DNA of 64,000 bases. It comes from Thalia democratica (Eukaryota). The stretch covers positions 23,498,001 to 23,562,000 of the forward strand of contig OZ241834.1 of assembly GCA_965202585.1 (NCBI GenBank). Direction: 5' to 3'. The translations under genes were made by a program, and so were the position numbers. Positions 12,619-24,743 of this stretch are shown piece by piece. How positions within the stretch are numbered: position 1 is the stretch's first letter; each line of letters opens with the position of its first letter. A model generated the notes under the pieces. That model searched no databases and was not told the DNA's origin. It saw only the letters and a program-made list of their open reading frames with translations.

Positions 12619-13919
12619 CAGGGTTGCCACAAGGTCGGGAAAAGTCAGGAAATCAGGAAAAGTCAGGAAAACTAAAAAAAAGAGGAAAATCAGAAAAATG
12701 GGGCTTTTTGAAAAAAATTCAGAAAAAGTCAGGAAATTTGACAAAATTAAAAAAAAAATCAGATTTTGTCAGTTTAAATATACAAAATTCCTTATTTTCA
12801 AAGCCTCCAAATGGTGAAAAAATAATTAAAAATCCTTTAAAGTCAGAAAAAAAAATTGCAAAATTTTCCAAGAAATTTACAAAATTATTTAGATTCCAAT
12901 GCCTTTATCTGGTATAAATTAATAAAATATCCTTTATAAAACTGCAAAATTTTTCTATTAACATATTGAACAAGTACCCAACTTGAACTAGCAGTTTTTG
13001 TAAGCTTTTAAGTACTGATGATCTGCAGCAAAGACACTTCCATAGTGAAACTGTGATATGTACACAAAAGTTTATCTAGCATAATTTTAGAATCAAAGTG
13101 TTTTTGTTTAAGTAAACAATCAAGTTCTTTATATCTAAGCAGTTAGTTTAATATTTTATGTAACAAGGTGATGTGAATACTTTACCTCTTTACAATTTTT
13201 TTTGAAAGTTGTTTAAATTTGTAAAATAAGTAATAAGAGAGGTATAAGCCATGGTTGAGTTTACTTATTTGTATTTTTGGTAGAATAACTTAAGTTTCAA
13301 AATAGATAAGACTATATTTATTTGTTATAAATTTTATACTTAATGATGATAAAAAATATTTTATACAACAGATATATAGTTTACTATTTCGTTTATGTAT
13401 TTTTATTTTTATTTATTTATTGTTTTTATTTTAATTGTAAAAGTTCGTTATTGTTTTAAAGTTTTAGTTGTGAAAGTATGTTATTAATTTAAGGTTTTAA
13501 TTGTAAAAGTTCCTTATATGTAGTTATGTTTATTTAGATACATTTGTGTTAGGAAATTCTAAAAAAATGTGTCTTGTTTCAGACAAGCTGTGTTTATAAG
13601 GTAACAATACAAATATTTTGCTGATAGAGCTGTTTATTGCAAATACATCAACCATACACATATGGTTCGATAGATGTAATGGAAGTTTGATGATTAAATT
13701 TTGCAAAAAAAAACTGTTATATTAACCTGTATCAAAATTAGATTGAAAGCTCTATACTATTATAAGCTCTATACTATATTCTATACAGTTTCAAGTGTTA
13801 GATTATGTATTTTAGAATAAGTTTAATTTAAGAGTTTAATTTAGAAAAATCAGGAAAATTTAAGTAAAAAGTCAGGAAAAGACAAGAAATTTTTCTCCGC
13901 TTGATCTGTGGCAACCCTG
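12619..13919. mobile_element. 1.3-kb non-autonomous TIR element (CAGGGTTGCCAC ends)
   Basis: CAGGGTTGCCACA ... TGTGGCAACCCTG, with subterminal AAGTCAGGAAA repeats at both ends. Flanks are TCAGTG/TTAGTG. Confidence 0.85.
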
Positions 13920-14200
13920 TTAGTGTAATTTTACCTGCCCCTTTAAATGCAGATATATAAGACCATTTATATCAAAGCTAAATAAAGTTAAAGTTTAAAT
14001 TGTTGAATAAAATAATTATGCTTTCAAATTATTCTGAAAAACATTAAAGCCTCAAATGTTAGAAAGTACTAAAAGAGAATTATAAGATTAGATCTCCAAG
14101 CATGTATTTGTCTAGATATTTTCCTAAATCTAAGGCTTGGTTTTTAACTTAAATAATTAAGGCTTAAAATAATTAAAGTTGCTTTTAAAACTAAATAACA

Positions 14201-14592
14201 CAAGGTTGCCACACAACTTGGCCTCACAGTCTAGTTCACTTCTTCAGAATAACTCAGCCCTACTGAGAAATTTTTTTCAGGTTATTTTAAACTCCTTTTT
14301 TTTTGTAGTTTTATGGAAAACTGAATCTGTTTCTTTTTTAAATCTCAGGTTAGTTTTTACCATTTTAAATCTAGCTGTTTATTTAAAAAATAAGTTTTTC
14401 TTAAAATTATTAAATACAATTGAGTTTTTAGGCATTCAAGCTTGATTAGCAGCAAACTTTTTCAGATTTTGGTAATTTACTTTTGTTTCAGGTTTCCCTC
14501 AAACTCTGGTATCTTTAAAATTAATTTGACGTAATACAAGTTAATTTTAGTCACTTAAGCTGGTATTTCTGCTTAAAAAAGTGACAACCTTG
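14201..14592. mobile_element. MITE, CAAGGTTGCCAC variant
   Basis: CAAGGTTGCCAC ... GTGACAACCTTG; related fragments also occur at ~7130-7290. Confidence 0.7.
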
Positions 14593-17500
14593 CTAAAACT
14601 AACAATGTTTTTCTTTGTTAACTTAATAACTTTGTACTGTGGAGTCTAAAAAAAATACTTACAAGATCTGGGAGGTATGTAGAGAATTTGAATATATGTA
14701 TCTTTTTTATTTATATTTCCTTTGACTAGGAAGAGGAGGTGACTGAATTTAAGTTCCTAGATTTTTGTTATTTAATTAGAACCTAAGTATTTTGTTTTGG
14801 ATTTATATTGTTAAAGTTTCAAACTTTCTTTGTATAGATGAATATGATTTTATTGTTTGGATTGAAAATATTTATACATATGTGTTTCAAGGTGGCTAAA
14901 AACATTGATTTTTTTTGAATTTCGAATTTTTTTTATTCAAGTCATTGAAAATCCTAAAACATTTCAATTTTGTAAAAAAATAGTTTTTTTACAATAGTAT
15001 TCTTTTTTTTTTTTCAGTAGGTTATTGTGATTTGTACAACTAAGAGCTTCAATAATTGTATGCATATACACCTACATGTAATGAAAAATAAATATTTATT
15101 AAACTGATAATATTTGTAAGTTAAAAAAAATCTTTTTTCCTTCAACTAGACAGTTTGAATAAAATTAAAACTTGATAAAATTGTTTCTTAAAATTACATT
15201 ATTATGATACACCATACCTTGCAATGGAAATAGTAAAAGTGTTTATTATAAAAATGAAATTTTGTAGGAGATCTTCAGTAGTTTAAAATTTTATTGAAAT
15301 AGAATAGATTCTATTTGAATAAGATTTTAAAAACTGAAGATCTCATTTGACTAGTTTCAAACGAATGAAACATTGTATTATTAATAAAATTTAAAATTTG
15401 TTATTGATCATTCTCCTTTTATTTAAGTTGAGAACTTTAATTGCCATCTTTGAAGTATAAAGTACACGATGTAATTTTCTCAATGATTAGAAGATTTTAC
15501 AAAAGTTTTAACCTTTTTAATTATTAATAATTTAGTCTTAAGTGTTGAGGTATAGAACACAACATTTTATATTTAGTTTGGCAAGCATATAAAAAGTATA
15601 TGTATGAAAATAAAAGAGAATCATTTATACTAAATAAAATATTTTTTAGAGCTTTGTAAATAAGTAAGGTATTTAAAATTTATAGCAAAAATTCATGTAG
15701 GAAAAGTGTATTAGTGACTAAATCTATCAGATTTGGCTGAAAAATCTACAATACCAGTTATACTTACAGGTAGAAAAGACTGATTTTACTCAAGATTTTA
15801 CTGTAAATTGTACAAAAAGTGAGTTTATCCAACATGGCAATTTGTACTGTTGAAAGTTACAAGATGTTTTAAGCCACTAATCACAAGTGGCTATGAAAAA
15901 TATCGCAATTGCTTTGTTCTTGGAGAAGCTTTTAATAGATTAGTATTACCTCTAGTTTGTCTAGCAGTTCCTTACTATAAATTATTCTGATGTTTTATTG
16001 TATGACTTCTGAGATGATTAAATGCAATTATTCATCTCAAAGTTACTACATTAAAAATAATCTTTTTAAAAGAATCTTTTCAGTGTGAGTAAAGTTAAGT
16101 AAATAACAAGTTTTAATAAACTTAGTTTGTCACCATTCTTTATTTTAAGAAAAACTAATAGATTAAATCTCTCATATTTTTGGGTGCACAACAATTAAAA
16201 TTTTGACAGTTCAAATTTTGATAGTTTTAAGCTATTGTTAATTATCTCTTTTAATAACTATTAATAAAATAGAATATTTTACCATCGCAATCTTATTAAT
16301 TAGATCTACAAAAGAATTTTTAAAAATTGGAAGTTTAAACTATTTTTTAAGATATGGCTAAAATAAGTTTTTAAAGTTTCAAATATATATTAGTTTTTAA
16401 TGATGAAACATTTCTCTTTTATTTTAAAATCTATACAGATTTGTTTACTCTTATACTCTTATTATTTATACCAAATGAGCTTTATTTTTTTTATTTTATG
16501 ATATGGCCCTTTTTACATTTTTTATGAATTTTAACTGTCATGTAATTTAATTTTCATTGAAAAATGTCTTAATGACCATTTAGATAAGTTTAAATAGATT
16601 TTATTATAAAATATTCCTATCCAGATACCCTAAAGAACTGGAGCTATTTTATTCTATGCTTTAAAGTTATGTTGTAGCAATGCTAAGACATTAAAGCAGT
16701 TTTGAGATGAGGCATTAATAAGAACTTGATATAAAGTTATAATATGTAATAAAACACATTTTAAGTAGCAATACTGTAACTTTTCATTTATTGTGATCAA
16801 TTAAAAACAACTTTTACATCTAAACTTATAAATTATATTGAGAAGGGACCTAAAATCTTGTAACAAAAAAATCATGAAATGTATTTAAAAAACCCAAAAG
16901 GAACTAAGAAGCCTCTAAACAAGTTTACAAAAATCATGTATATATACCACCTTGTATATATATTTTTGTTTGAAAAAAAAGTAATCAATTTGAAAATTTT
17001 CATTAAGATATTTTTTTATTTGTTTGTGCAAAAATTGTATCTTGAAAATTTGAAGTCTTCTTCTTAAGATATATAATAAAAGATAATTTATTTGTGAGTA
17101 TCAAAATTCAGATCAAAAAAGAAATCTATTTGTTAGTGTCAAAATTTTTTTTTACAATTAAGTTAAATCTCAAAAATACGTCCATTTTTTGAATTAAATG
17201 AAAAATATTATATAGATTGTGCTCAAAATTTTTCAAAAACAGTCGATGTTACTTAAAAATTACTTTGACCACTTGTGGCCTTTAAAAACTTCAACTATGT
17301 TCTACTATGTTACTTGTAATAAAATCATTAATACTTAATTATATATACAGTGAGTTCATTACATTTCTTATGTTAAATTTTATTGTACAGATATGTAAAA
17401 CTTGGCTTAACAACGTATTTGTTTTTGTAATGAGTTAGTTTCAGTTTTTTAAAATATTAAAAAAAAATTTGATACCAACTTTAATAGTTAAAATATTTTA

Positions 17501-18277
17501 ATTTAGTTTTTTTTACAATTTTATTGAAAAAAATATGTATTATCTTTATAAAGTGTTTATTTATAGTGTGTCTTTGCATTAATTTAGTGACTTAAAAACT
17601 GTGTATAAGGTTAATATCTACAAAAAAATAATTTATTTTCGTGTGTAAAATAAACAGACAAAATTTAAAAAGTATTAATAATTAAATAGTTTAATAGCTA
17701 TTGTTAATAACAGCTAAATAGTTATAATCTGAAATTAATAAAACGTAAAACTTTACCACAATGTCTTTATTAGAATTTATAAATATGTAAAATACATGTT
17801 TTTAATTACAAAACTTACACTTCTTTGATCAAAGGTGAGAAATTTATCATGAAACATTATTAAATTTTATTTTAGTTCTATAAAGTAAATAAAAACCTTT
17901 CAATTGAATCTAGACCACCTACACAATAGACAAGTATATTTTCGAAAGTTTTCTTTTGAATGCATGAACAAAATTAACTTTTAATCTAAACTGGTATGGT
18001 TTTTTGTTTATACGGATGTTTTTTCACCATATTTTATGTATTTAGGGTTTACTTAAATAATTACAGTAATCAGTTCATTTTAGCAACAAGTTGAAGTTAT
18101 TATAAATGTGTCTTTAATTTGGTTGCACTACAATCAAAGTTCAGAGTTATTGCAAAATATTTTTTGGTAATTATCTTTGTTACTGTCATAATAATTATTT
18201 ACATTTATATTTTGGTAAATGTTTGCTTTCTTTTTCGATTTATGGCTGAATACTGTTTCAAATTTTACTAGAATATG

Positions 18278-18656
18278 CAGGGTTGCCAAAAAACCTGGAG
18301 TCCTGGAAAAACCTGGAATTTGACAATTTAAGCTAAAAAACCTGGAATTTGAGATATTTGAAAAAAAAACTTAAAAAACCTAGAACATATTTAGTAGGAA
18401 AATTTCGATTTGACATACAAAATCTATCATATAGATAATTTTTTTTGTCATCATCAAACATTTTTTTATTTAAAAAACACATTTATTGTAGCTTAACAGC
18501 ATCTTTTTAATGTTTTTATGGTATTTAACACAGTTTTTTACCTTAAACTTAACTTTAAACTGATAGTTTAAATAGACCAAAAATGTGTAGTTTTAAAAAC
18601 CAACAGGAAATTTTGAAAACCTGGAGAAAGTTTGCAAAAAACTTTAAGCAACCCTA
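18278..18656. mobile_element. MITE, CAGGGTTGCCA-TIR family, with perfect 6-bp flanking duplication AATATG
   Basis: CAGGGTTGCC ... GCAACCCTA; AATATG at 18272-18277 and 18657-18662. Confidence 0.85.
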
Positions 18657-19052
18657 AATATGGTATTTGTAGCATTTATTAATTATCTTATTTGAGTAAT
18701 TTTAAACTTTTATAATTTTGATTGTTTGGAATTTTTAATACATTTTAGTTTTTTAAAATCTAGTTATTTTTTAGATATCTTCCTTGAAAATAATTTAATC
18801 TATTTAAACCGTCAATATAATGTTTATAGATTTTTATTAGTCTTTTGTTACTTATAAAAGAACTTCAAATACTTTTCATAAATATTCAAAACCAATACTT
18901 ACAACTGATTTTATTAGCTTTATATTGCTTATAAATACTTATAGGACCCTTCTTACAAATACTTATAACTGACACCCTAGTACTTATTTTTTTAGTCACT
19001 TCTAACTTGATCAGTTGTCGGTCCAGTTAATGATTGATGATTCATTAGACTA

Positions 19053-19381
19053 CATGGTTGCCAAAAATCCCGGAAAAAACTTGAAATTAGACAATTTATG
19101 GTAAAAAACTTGAAAAAACCTTTTATTTGAGAAAAAATCAAAAAAGACTGGAATTTTGAAAACGTTTTATATGAAGAATAATAAATTTTCGGTTTAACGC
19201 AAAAAAATTTATCATATAAATAAACATTTTTGTTATCATTATTTTTCAATTTAAAAAAAGCAGTTTAAGTACCTATACATTATCTTTTCAATGTTGTTTA
19301 CTATTTAATAAAGTTTTTTTTTACTTTTAACTTAATTTTGTACGAAAATAAACCCGAAAACTTGTACTTTTGGTAACCCTG
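19053..19381. mobile_element. Degenerate MITE, CAGGGTTGCCA-TIR family
   Basis: CATGGTTGCCAAAA ... TTTGGTAACCCTG; flanks AGACTA/AGAATA. Confidence 0.75.
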
Positions 19382-20201
19382 AGAATAGGAGTTGATGAAT
19401 TCTACTTAACTTTTACATAGCGTTAAAATTTAAATTGTAAATGAATTTCTGTTACATGAATGCATATAACCGAAAGTGTTCATGATTGTAATTGTTCAGT
19501 ATGCACTACTTTTTGAGTCTTAAATTAAAAATAAGCATGTAGACCTTGATTTTATTATTATGGTACGTTTGTAATTGTAAAAGTTTAAAAAGTATTGATA
19601 AAAAAAACTTATTTGTCCTTGAATGAATTTTAAATGTGTGTCTACCCTGATAATGTTTACTGGATTAATTTTTCATTAATTGTAAGAAAGTTAACTGATT
19701 TTTAATTAAAGTTAATAAGAAAATTAAAGAACTTAAACTGTACACACATAATTTGTTTAAAAACAAATAACTGTAAGTGTAAACTTTTTTTACTTATCTG
19801 ATTTGATAAAAGTTCATTTATCAAAACTTAAATTCTCTTTAAAATTATTACATTGATAATGCTGGAATAATTCAGAGTTTTTATATATCCTACAGTTGTA
19901 ATTTTAACCCTTAATTAAAAATGTAAGTTTTAGAACGATTTAAAAAAGCTTTATTTATAAATACCCTGCTTTATAAACAAATTAACTAATTGACTACAAA
20001 TTTATGACTACTAAGGCTGACGTATGAATATGAAATATAAAGAAAATAACTTTATTTTTTATAAGATATCTTTTCAGTATAAGTTTTAAAGAAAATAATA
20101 TACTTGAAAAATAACTATGAAACTTACAGTAAAAATGATTAGAATAGGTTTATTTTTCAGAAACCCAAAGTATTGAACTTAATTGCTTTGCAGATACAAA
20201 A

Positions 20202-21044
20202 ATGAGTAATATTAAAGAACTGTTTTCTAAGTTGCCAAGAATAAAGCTGTCCAACTTGCGTCCGAAAGTCCCTGAACCAATCAAGAGGCGAGAGAAGCCG
20301 ATCAGGGGAAGGGAGAGGCCGCGCCCCAACATAAAACCAAGGATCGGCTTCGCTTTCGACAGGATCCCCTTTCAAAAGAAGATCCCCAAGTACGGCTACT
20401 ACAGGGACCAGCACTTGAAGCGCCAGTACTTCCCCTTCACCCTGTGGCAGCTGCAGAACATGATCGACCTGGGCAGGATAGACCCCGACCAGCCCATTGA
20501 CCTCAACGCCATCGCCAACAGCAGAGTCTTGAAGATGCTGCCGAGCGAAAACAACTACGCTGGCGTCTACCTGCTCTCTCAGGGCTCCAACTGCTTCCAG
20601 GCCAAAGTTAACATCGAGGTACAGATCGCGGACGACCTGGCCATTGCGGCCGTTGAAAAGGCGGGAGGGGTCATTTCCACTACTTTCTACGACAGGGTGA
20701 GCTTCGAAGAGCTGGTCGATCCGGTCAGCACCTTCATGAAGGGCCAGCCGATAAGAAAGCGCCTGCTGCCGCCCGAAGAGCTCATCTCTTACTACACGGA
20801 TCCGAAGAAGAGGGGGTACTTGAGCGATCCGGCGCTCGTTGACGAGGAGCGTTTGAGAACGTCGGCGCAGTACGGGTACGAGCTGCCTGACATTAGCAAG
20901 GATGAGAGTTACGAGATGCTGATCGAGAAGAAGGACCCGCGCCAGATCTACTACGGACTGATGCCAGGATCATTGGTAAACTTGTACGATCGAACCGTCA
21001 TAAAACCCAATGAGGACTACGTGCAGGAACACTTGAAGGCTTAA
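20202..21044 (+). CDS. MRPL15: Mitochondrial large-subunit ribosomal protein uL15m, intronless CDS, 280 aa
   Basis: LPRIKLSNLRP, IPKYG, LQNMIDLGRIDPDQPIDL, KVNIEVQ.A..LAIAAVEK.GGV, GQPI.KRLLPPEELI.YYTDPK.RGYL.DP and KDPRQI.YGL.PG match MRPL15 over the full length. Confidence 0.95.
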   Translation: MSNIKELFSKLPRIKLSNLRPKVPEPIKRREKPIRGRERPRPNIKPRIGFAFDRIPFQKKIPKYGYYRDQHLKRQYFPFTLWQLQNMIDLGRIDPDQPIDLNAIANSRVLKMLPSENNYAGVYLLSQGSNCFQAKVNIEVQIADDLAIAAVEKAGGVISTTFYDRVSFEELVDPVSTFMKGQPIRKRLLPPEELISYYTDPKKRGYLSDPALVDEERLRTSAQYGYELPDISKDESYEMLIEKKDPRQIYYGLMPGSLVNLYDRTVIKPNEDYVQEHLKA

Positions 21045-21284
21045 ACTTTGATGTCTTGTTGTATGCTTTTTTTCTTAGTAAATTTTCTTTATTGAACTAA
21101 AAATTAATTAAGACAAAATTTTTAGACACTTCTAGTTATGTTTTGAGATAGTAAATTTTGTGCTATGAATTGTGAATCACTCTATCAAATGTAAATTTTC
21201 AATTGATACTTTTTTTAACACTACATATGTTAGTAAATTTGTTTAATATTTTAAACAATTTTAGTTTCAGATTTTACATTTAAA

Positions 21285-22583
21285 ATGGCGATCAAAGAAA
21301 AAATTGAAAACAAAGAAAAGAAGGAAAAACTTGCAAAAGGCAAGAAACTCAAGAAGAAAAAATCTATGGATTCTGATAAAGCCGTTGCTGAAGATGTAGT
21401 GACACCACAGAAGAAAGTTAAAAAAAGTAAAAAGGAAAAGAAAGTAAAATCTACACCTTCAGAAAAATCTAAGGATCAAAGTGTCACTGAAGTAGAAGTA
21501 ATGCCTAAAGAGGAAAAAATTAAAAAAAGTAAAAAGAAAAGTAAATCTGAACCTTCAGAAAGTTCTGAGGATAAAAGTGCAACTCAAGTAGAAGAGCTGC
21601 CTACAGAGAAGAAGGTTAAAAAGAGTAAAAAGAAAAGTAAGTCTACAACTTCAGAAGATGCTGAACTTCCTTCAGAAACTGCGAATGAAGACGCATCACA
21701 AACTGAGGTCAAGAAAAAGAAGAAAAGCAAAAAGAGGGTTTCTGATGCACTAGAACCGGTCGTTGAAAGCTCAGATAACAAGGACTCTAACGCGTCCGTG
21801 TCAAAAGTGAATCATGTCACACCAAAAAAAGAAACAAGCTCAAAAGCTTCCTCTCCCAAACCAAAAGCTGCTTCTGAAAACAAAGAGGCGAAAACTGCTG
21901 TTGCCAAGAAAGAAGAAGCCAAGGGCATGGACGTCGAAGAAGTGAAGGAGCTGCTTTCGAAGGGCAGGCACGATAAGAACCAGATGAAGAAGAAGCGCAA
22001 GAGGAAGCGGAAACTCCACCTTCCGGAGCCACAGCCGGGCGCGTTTGACGCGCTTCTGCACGAAAAAGAAGAGGAACCCGAAGTGGACGAGTCCAAAGTT
22101 GAAGAGGTGGAGATACAAGAAGAAGAGCCGCCGGTGAAAAAGGCAAAGAAGAGCCTGAAGAGGAACGCCACTAAGGAAATCAAGCCGGTCGACCTGAAGG
22201 CCGTGTTCGCTTTGGACGCGAAAAAAATAGACAAGGAAGGAGGGATCCACGAGGACGCGTTCGCGGACGGGGAAGCCGAAGAAGAAGTCGGACCTTCAGA
22301 CCACCCGGCCATCCAGTACCTGAAGGAGTGGAAGAAGGACCGCGCCAACTTCAAGTTCAGGAAGGTGAGGCAGCAGTGGCTGATGCGGAACATGTACGAC
22401 GACGAGAAGGTTAATAACAAGGAGTTCGATCTGCTGGTGGAGTACCTGCAGATGGCGAAGGGGAGGGTGATCAGCAGGGCGGTGGAGGAGGCGGAGAAGT
22501 TCATCGCGGAGGAGGAGGACGTGAAGAAGTGGAAGGTGAAGATCAACCGGATGAGGAAAATCGTGCAGAACATTGTGGAGTAA
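21285..22583 (+). CDS. C7orf50: C7orf50-like nucleolar protein (WKF/DUF2373 domain) with a long K/E/S-rich N-terminus, 432 aa
   Basis: The C-terminal AIQYLKEWKKDRANFKFRKVRQQWLMRNMYDDEKVNNKEFDLLVEYLQMAKGR matches the WKF-domain pattern (YL..W......WKF.K.RQ.WL....yd...v....F..ll.YL). Confidence 0.8.
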   Translation: MAIKEKIENKEKKEKLAKGKKLKKKKSMDSDKAVAEDVVTPQKKVKKSKKEKKVKSTPSEKSKDQSVTEVEVMPKEEKIKKSKKKSKSEPSESSEDKSATQVEELPTEKKVKKSKKKSKSTTSEDAELPSETANEDASQTEVKKKKKSKKRVSDALEPVVESSDNKDSNASVSKVNHVTPKKETSSKASSPKPKAASENKEAKTAVAKKEEAKGMDVEEVKELLSKGRHDKNQMKKKRKRKRKLHLPEPQPGAFDALLHEKEEEPEVDESKVEEVEIQEEEPPVKKAKKSLKRNATKEIKPVDLKAVFALDAKKIDKEGGIHEDAFADGEAEEEVGPSDHPAIQYLKEWKKDRANFKFRKVRQQWLMRNMYDDEKVNNKEFDLLVEYLQMAKGRVISRAVEEAEKFIAEEEDVKKWKVKINRMRKIVQNIVE

Positions 22584-23704
22584 GGAAAAAATGATTTTTA
22601 GGCTTTTTGAATATATTAGACAATGTATCTAGATTATTGTTGCTCGGTATGTGAGTGGCTCTTAACTTTTTTGGTTTAGAATATTTATTTGCTTAATATT
22701 AATTTTAATTTTAAAAGCTTTTATCGATTTTAGTGAAATAAAAAAAAAAATTAGAATCTAAAGTTACATTATGTATTGTTATTACTTATGACACAAAAAA
22801 AACTTTTGCATTCTATTTTATTGTTTTTGAATTTTTTTGGATCATGTGTAGTTTGAAACTTTTCATTTTAAAAGTTTTTTTTATTATACTAAACATGTTT
22901 TAGGTTTATAAATTATAGAATATAAAAATAAATAGGTTTTCAATTTTTACTAAAATTAAACAGAAATATTCCTAAATTTATATTATTTTCAAAATAATAT
23001 TATATTTTTGTTAGTTTTATATTACCAACAAAATTTCAAACTGTTTCAAATTTCTGAACATATTGATAAGTGTTTAACACAAATTTCTGAACACTAATAA
23101 TTAAAAATATTACTAGCTAACAGACACAAAGCTAAAATGATTTAGCAGCTCTAAAATTTTCTCATTTAATAATAAGATAATAGAATTTATCGGAGACTCT
23201 TAGTTATACGCTTGCAATCTGGTCAAAAATTAAAATTTTCAATATTAACATTTTTGGAAATTTAATTAGGTTTTTACATGACAGTTAAATATAGTACTAG
23301 TTAACCAATGTGTTTATAATGTTAGTTAGAAAAGCCTTAATGTTGTTTTGTATAGAGGGTATGAGTTCCTATGTCAACCTATAAACATGTTGAAATATTT
23401 GGCATACTGATTACTTCATCAAATTTGTTTAATAATTCAGATGTTATTTAAAACGGGTTTTATAAAGTTGATTAACAGCAATAGTCTGCTGATAGAATTA
23501 TAAGTCAAAAGATGTGTGCTAAAAATGCAGTTTTGGTAAGCGTAAAATAAATAGAATTGGTGTAAAATAATAAACTCATCGGGTATAGTTACTAAATTGA
23601 TTAAATAACCCATGATTGAATATGTCTTTCTATGATTTAGTACGAATGCGTTTGAAAAAATAATTAAAATTTGATTTATAATAGTGCTGAAAAAGCACTC
23701 GGTT

Positions 23705-23930
23705 GTTTAGTTACAGATAACTTCCTTCGACATTGAAAAAATTTCCTACAGTTCAAAAAGATTTTTTAAACGCACCTTTTTCTTGAATTTAGACATTGCA
23801 AGCTAGGTTTCGTCTAGCATAAACAGTTTTATGAGTAACATATTGTAACTTATTTAAATTTCATACCAACTTAGCAATGCCTTACAATAAGGTTGTTAAT
23901 AGTCAGCTTGATATTGAAAAGGCATCAAAA
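23705..23930 (+). mobile_element. Highly decayed non-LTR retrotransposon RT fragment
   Basis: Motif remnants in the expected order, with stops and frameshifts: SYR..LP (~23709), QA(R/G)FR (23799-23813) and LDIEKA (23907-23924). These correspond to the LINE RT motifs YRPISLL / QAGFR / FLDIEKAFD. Confidence 0.4.
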
Positions 23931-24547
23931 CCTGAGCCGCTAAAAAAGATGAGACACAAGTAAAACATTAGAGACAGATAATTTTTTTAATTTAGTAATA
24001 TAGAGAAAATAAAATTGAACTAACAAAATACAATAACTCAAAAAATTAATAAATAATTTGGTGCATTAAAAAAACATAACACTTTAAGTTTAAACAAAAT
24101 ATATGATAATATTTATAAAAAGTTCTACAGCAATAATTCCCTAGTTCTATTTTCATTTGGTGATCGCTAGTCAAACTTGAAAGAAAAAAATGATGATAGT
24201 AAAACAAAAATGGTTCTTCAATATACTTAAGCTAAGATTTTAATCAGAAAAAGTTGTACATTTATGTTTGTTCATCTCGTATTAGTTTTTTTTTTGGATG
24301 CTGATTTAAAATTGAGGCAATTTGATTGAAAAATATTTTTGATTAAGTTATTTTTCAAACTACTTGAAATTTTTAAAGTCGTAGTATACAATTTTTATAA
24401 AATCATTTACAAAAAATAATTCTTACTTACTTGTTTCTTTACATTTAACTTTTTATGCCGATTTAAAGGAAACATAAATACAAACATTTTAAGAAAAAAG
24501 CTAGTATAAATCATAACAGCAACCTTAACATTAACCTTACTCTAGTT

Positions 24548-24743
24548 CAGTGCTTCTGAACCTTTTTCTACTGGCGGAACCCTTTTCCAAAATTCAAATT
24601 TTCCCCGGAACCCCTAATTTTACTTTTACATAAAATGTTTAATTAAATAAATGATCTTTTTTAAGTTTCAAAAGGCTTCGCGGAACCCCTGAGAGGCGTC
24701 GCGGAACCCTAGGGTTCCGCGGAACCCCATTTCAGAAGCACTG
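24548..24743. mobile_element. hAT-Charlie-type MITE with perfect 8-bp TSD CTCTAGTT
   Basis: CAGTGCTTCTGAA ... TTCAGAAGCACTG with internal GCGGAACCCC repeats. CTCTAGTT at 24540-24547 and 24744-24751 fits the NTCTAGAN target preference of Charlie elements. Confidence 0.92.

Noticed and set aside
12624-12917. 97-aa ORF MPQGREKSGNQEKSGK...
   Set aside because: Translation of the AAGTCAGGAAA subterminal repeats of a non-autonomous element; no transposase motifs.
21584-22573. Several antisense ORFs over the C7orf50-like gene (up to 253 aa)
   Set aside because: F/S/L-rich mirrors of a K/E-rich sense ORF, with no independent evidence.
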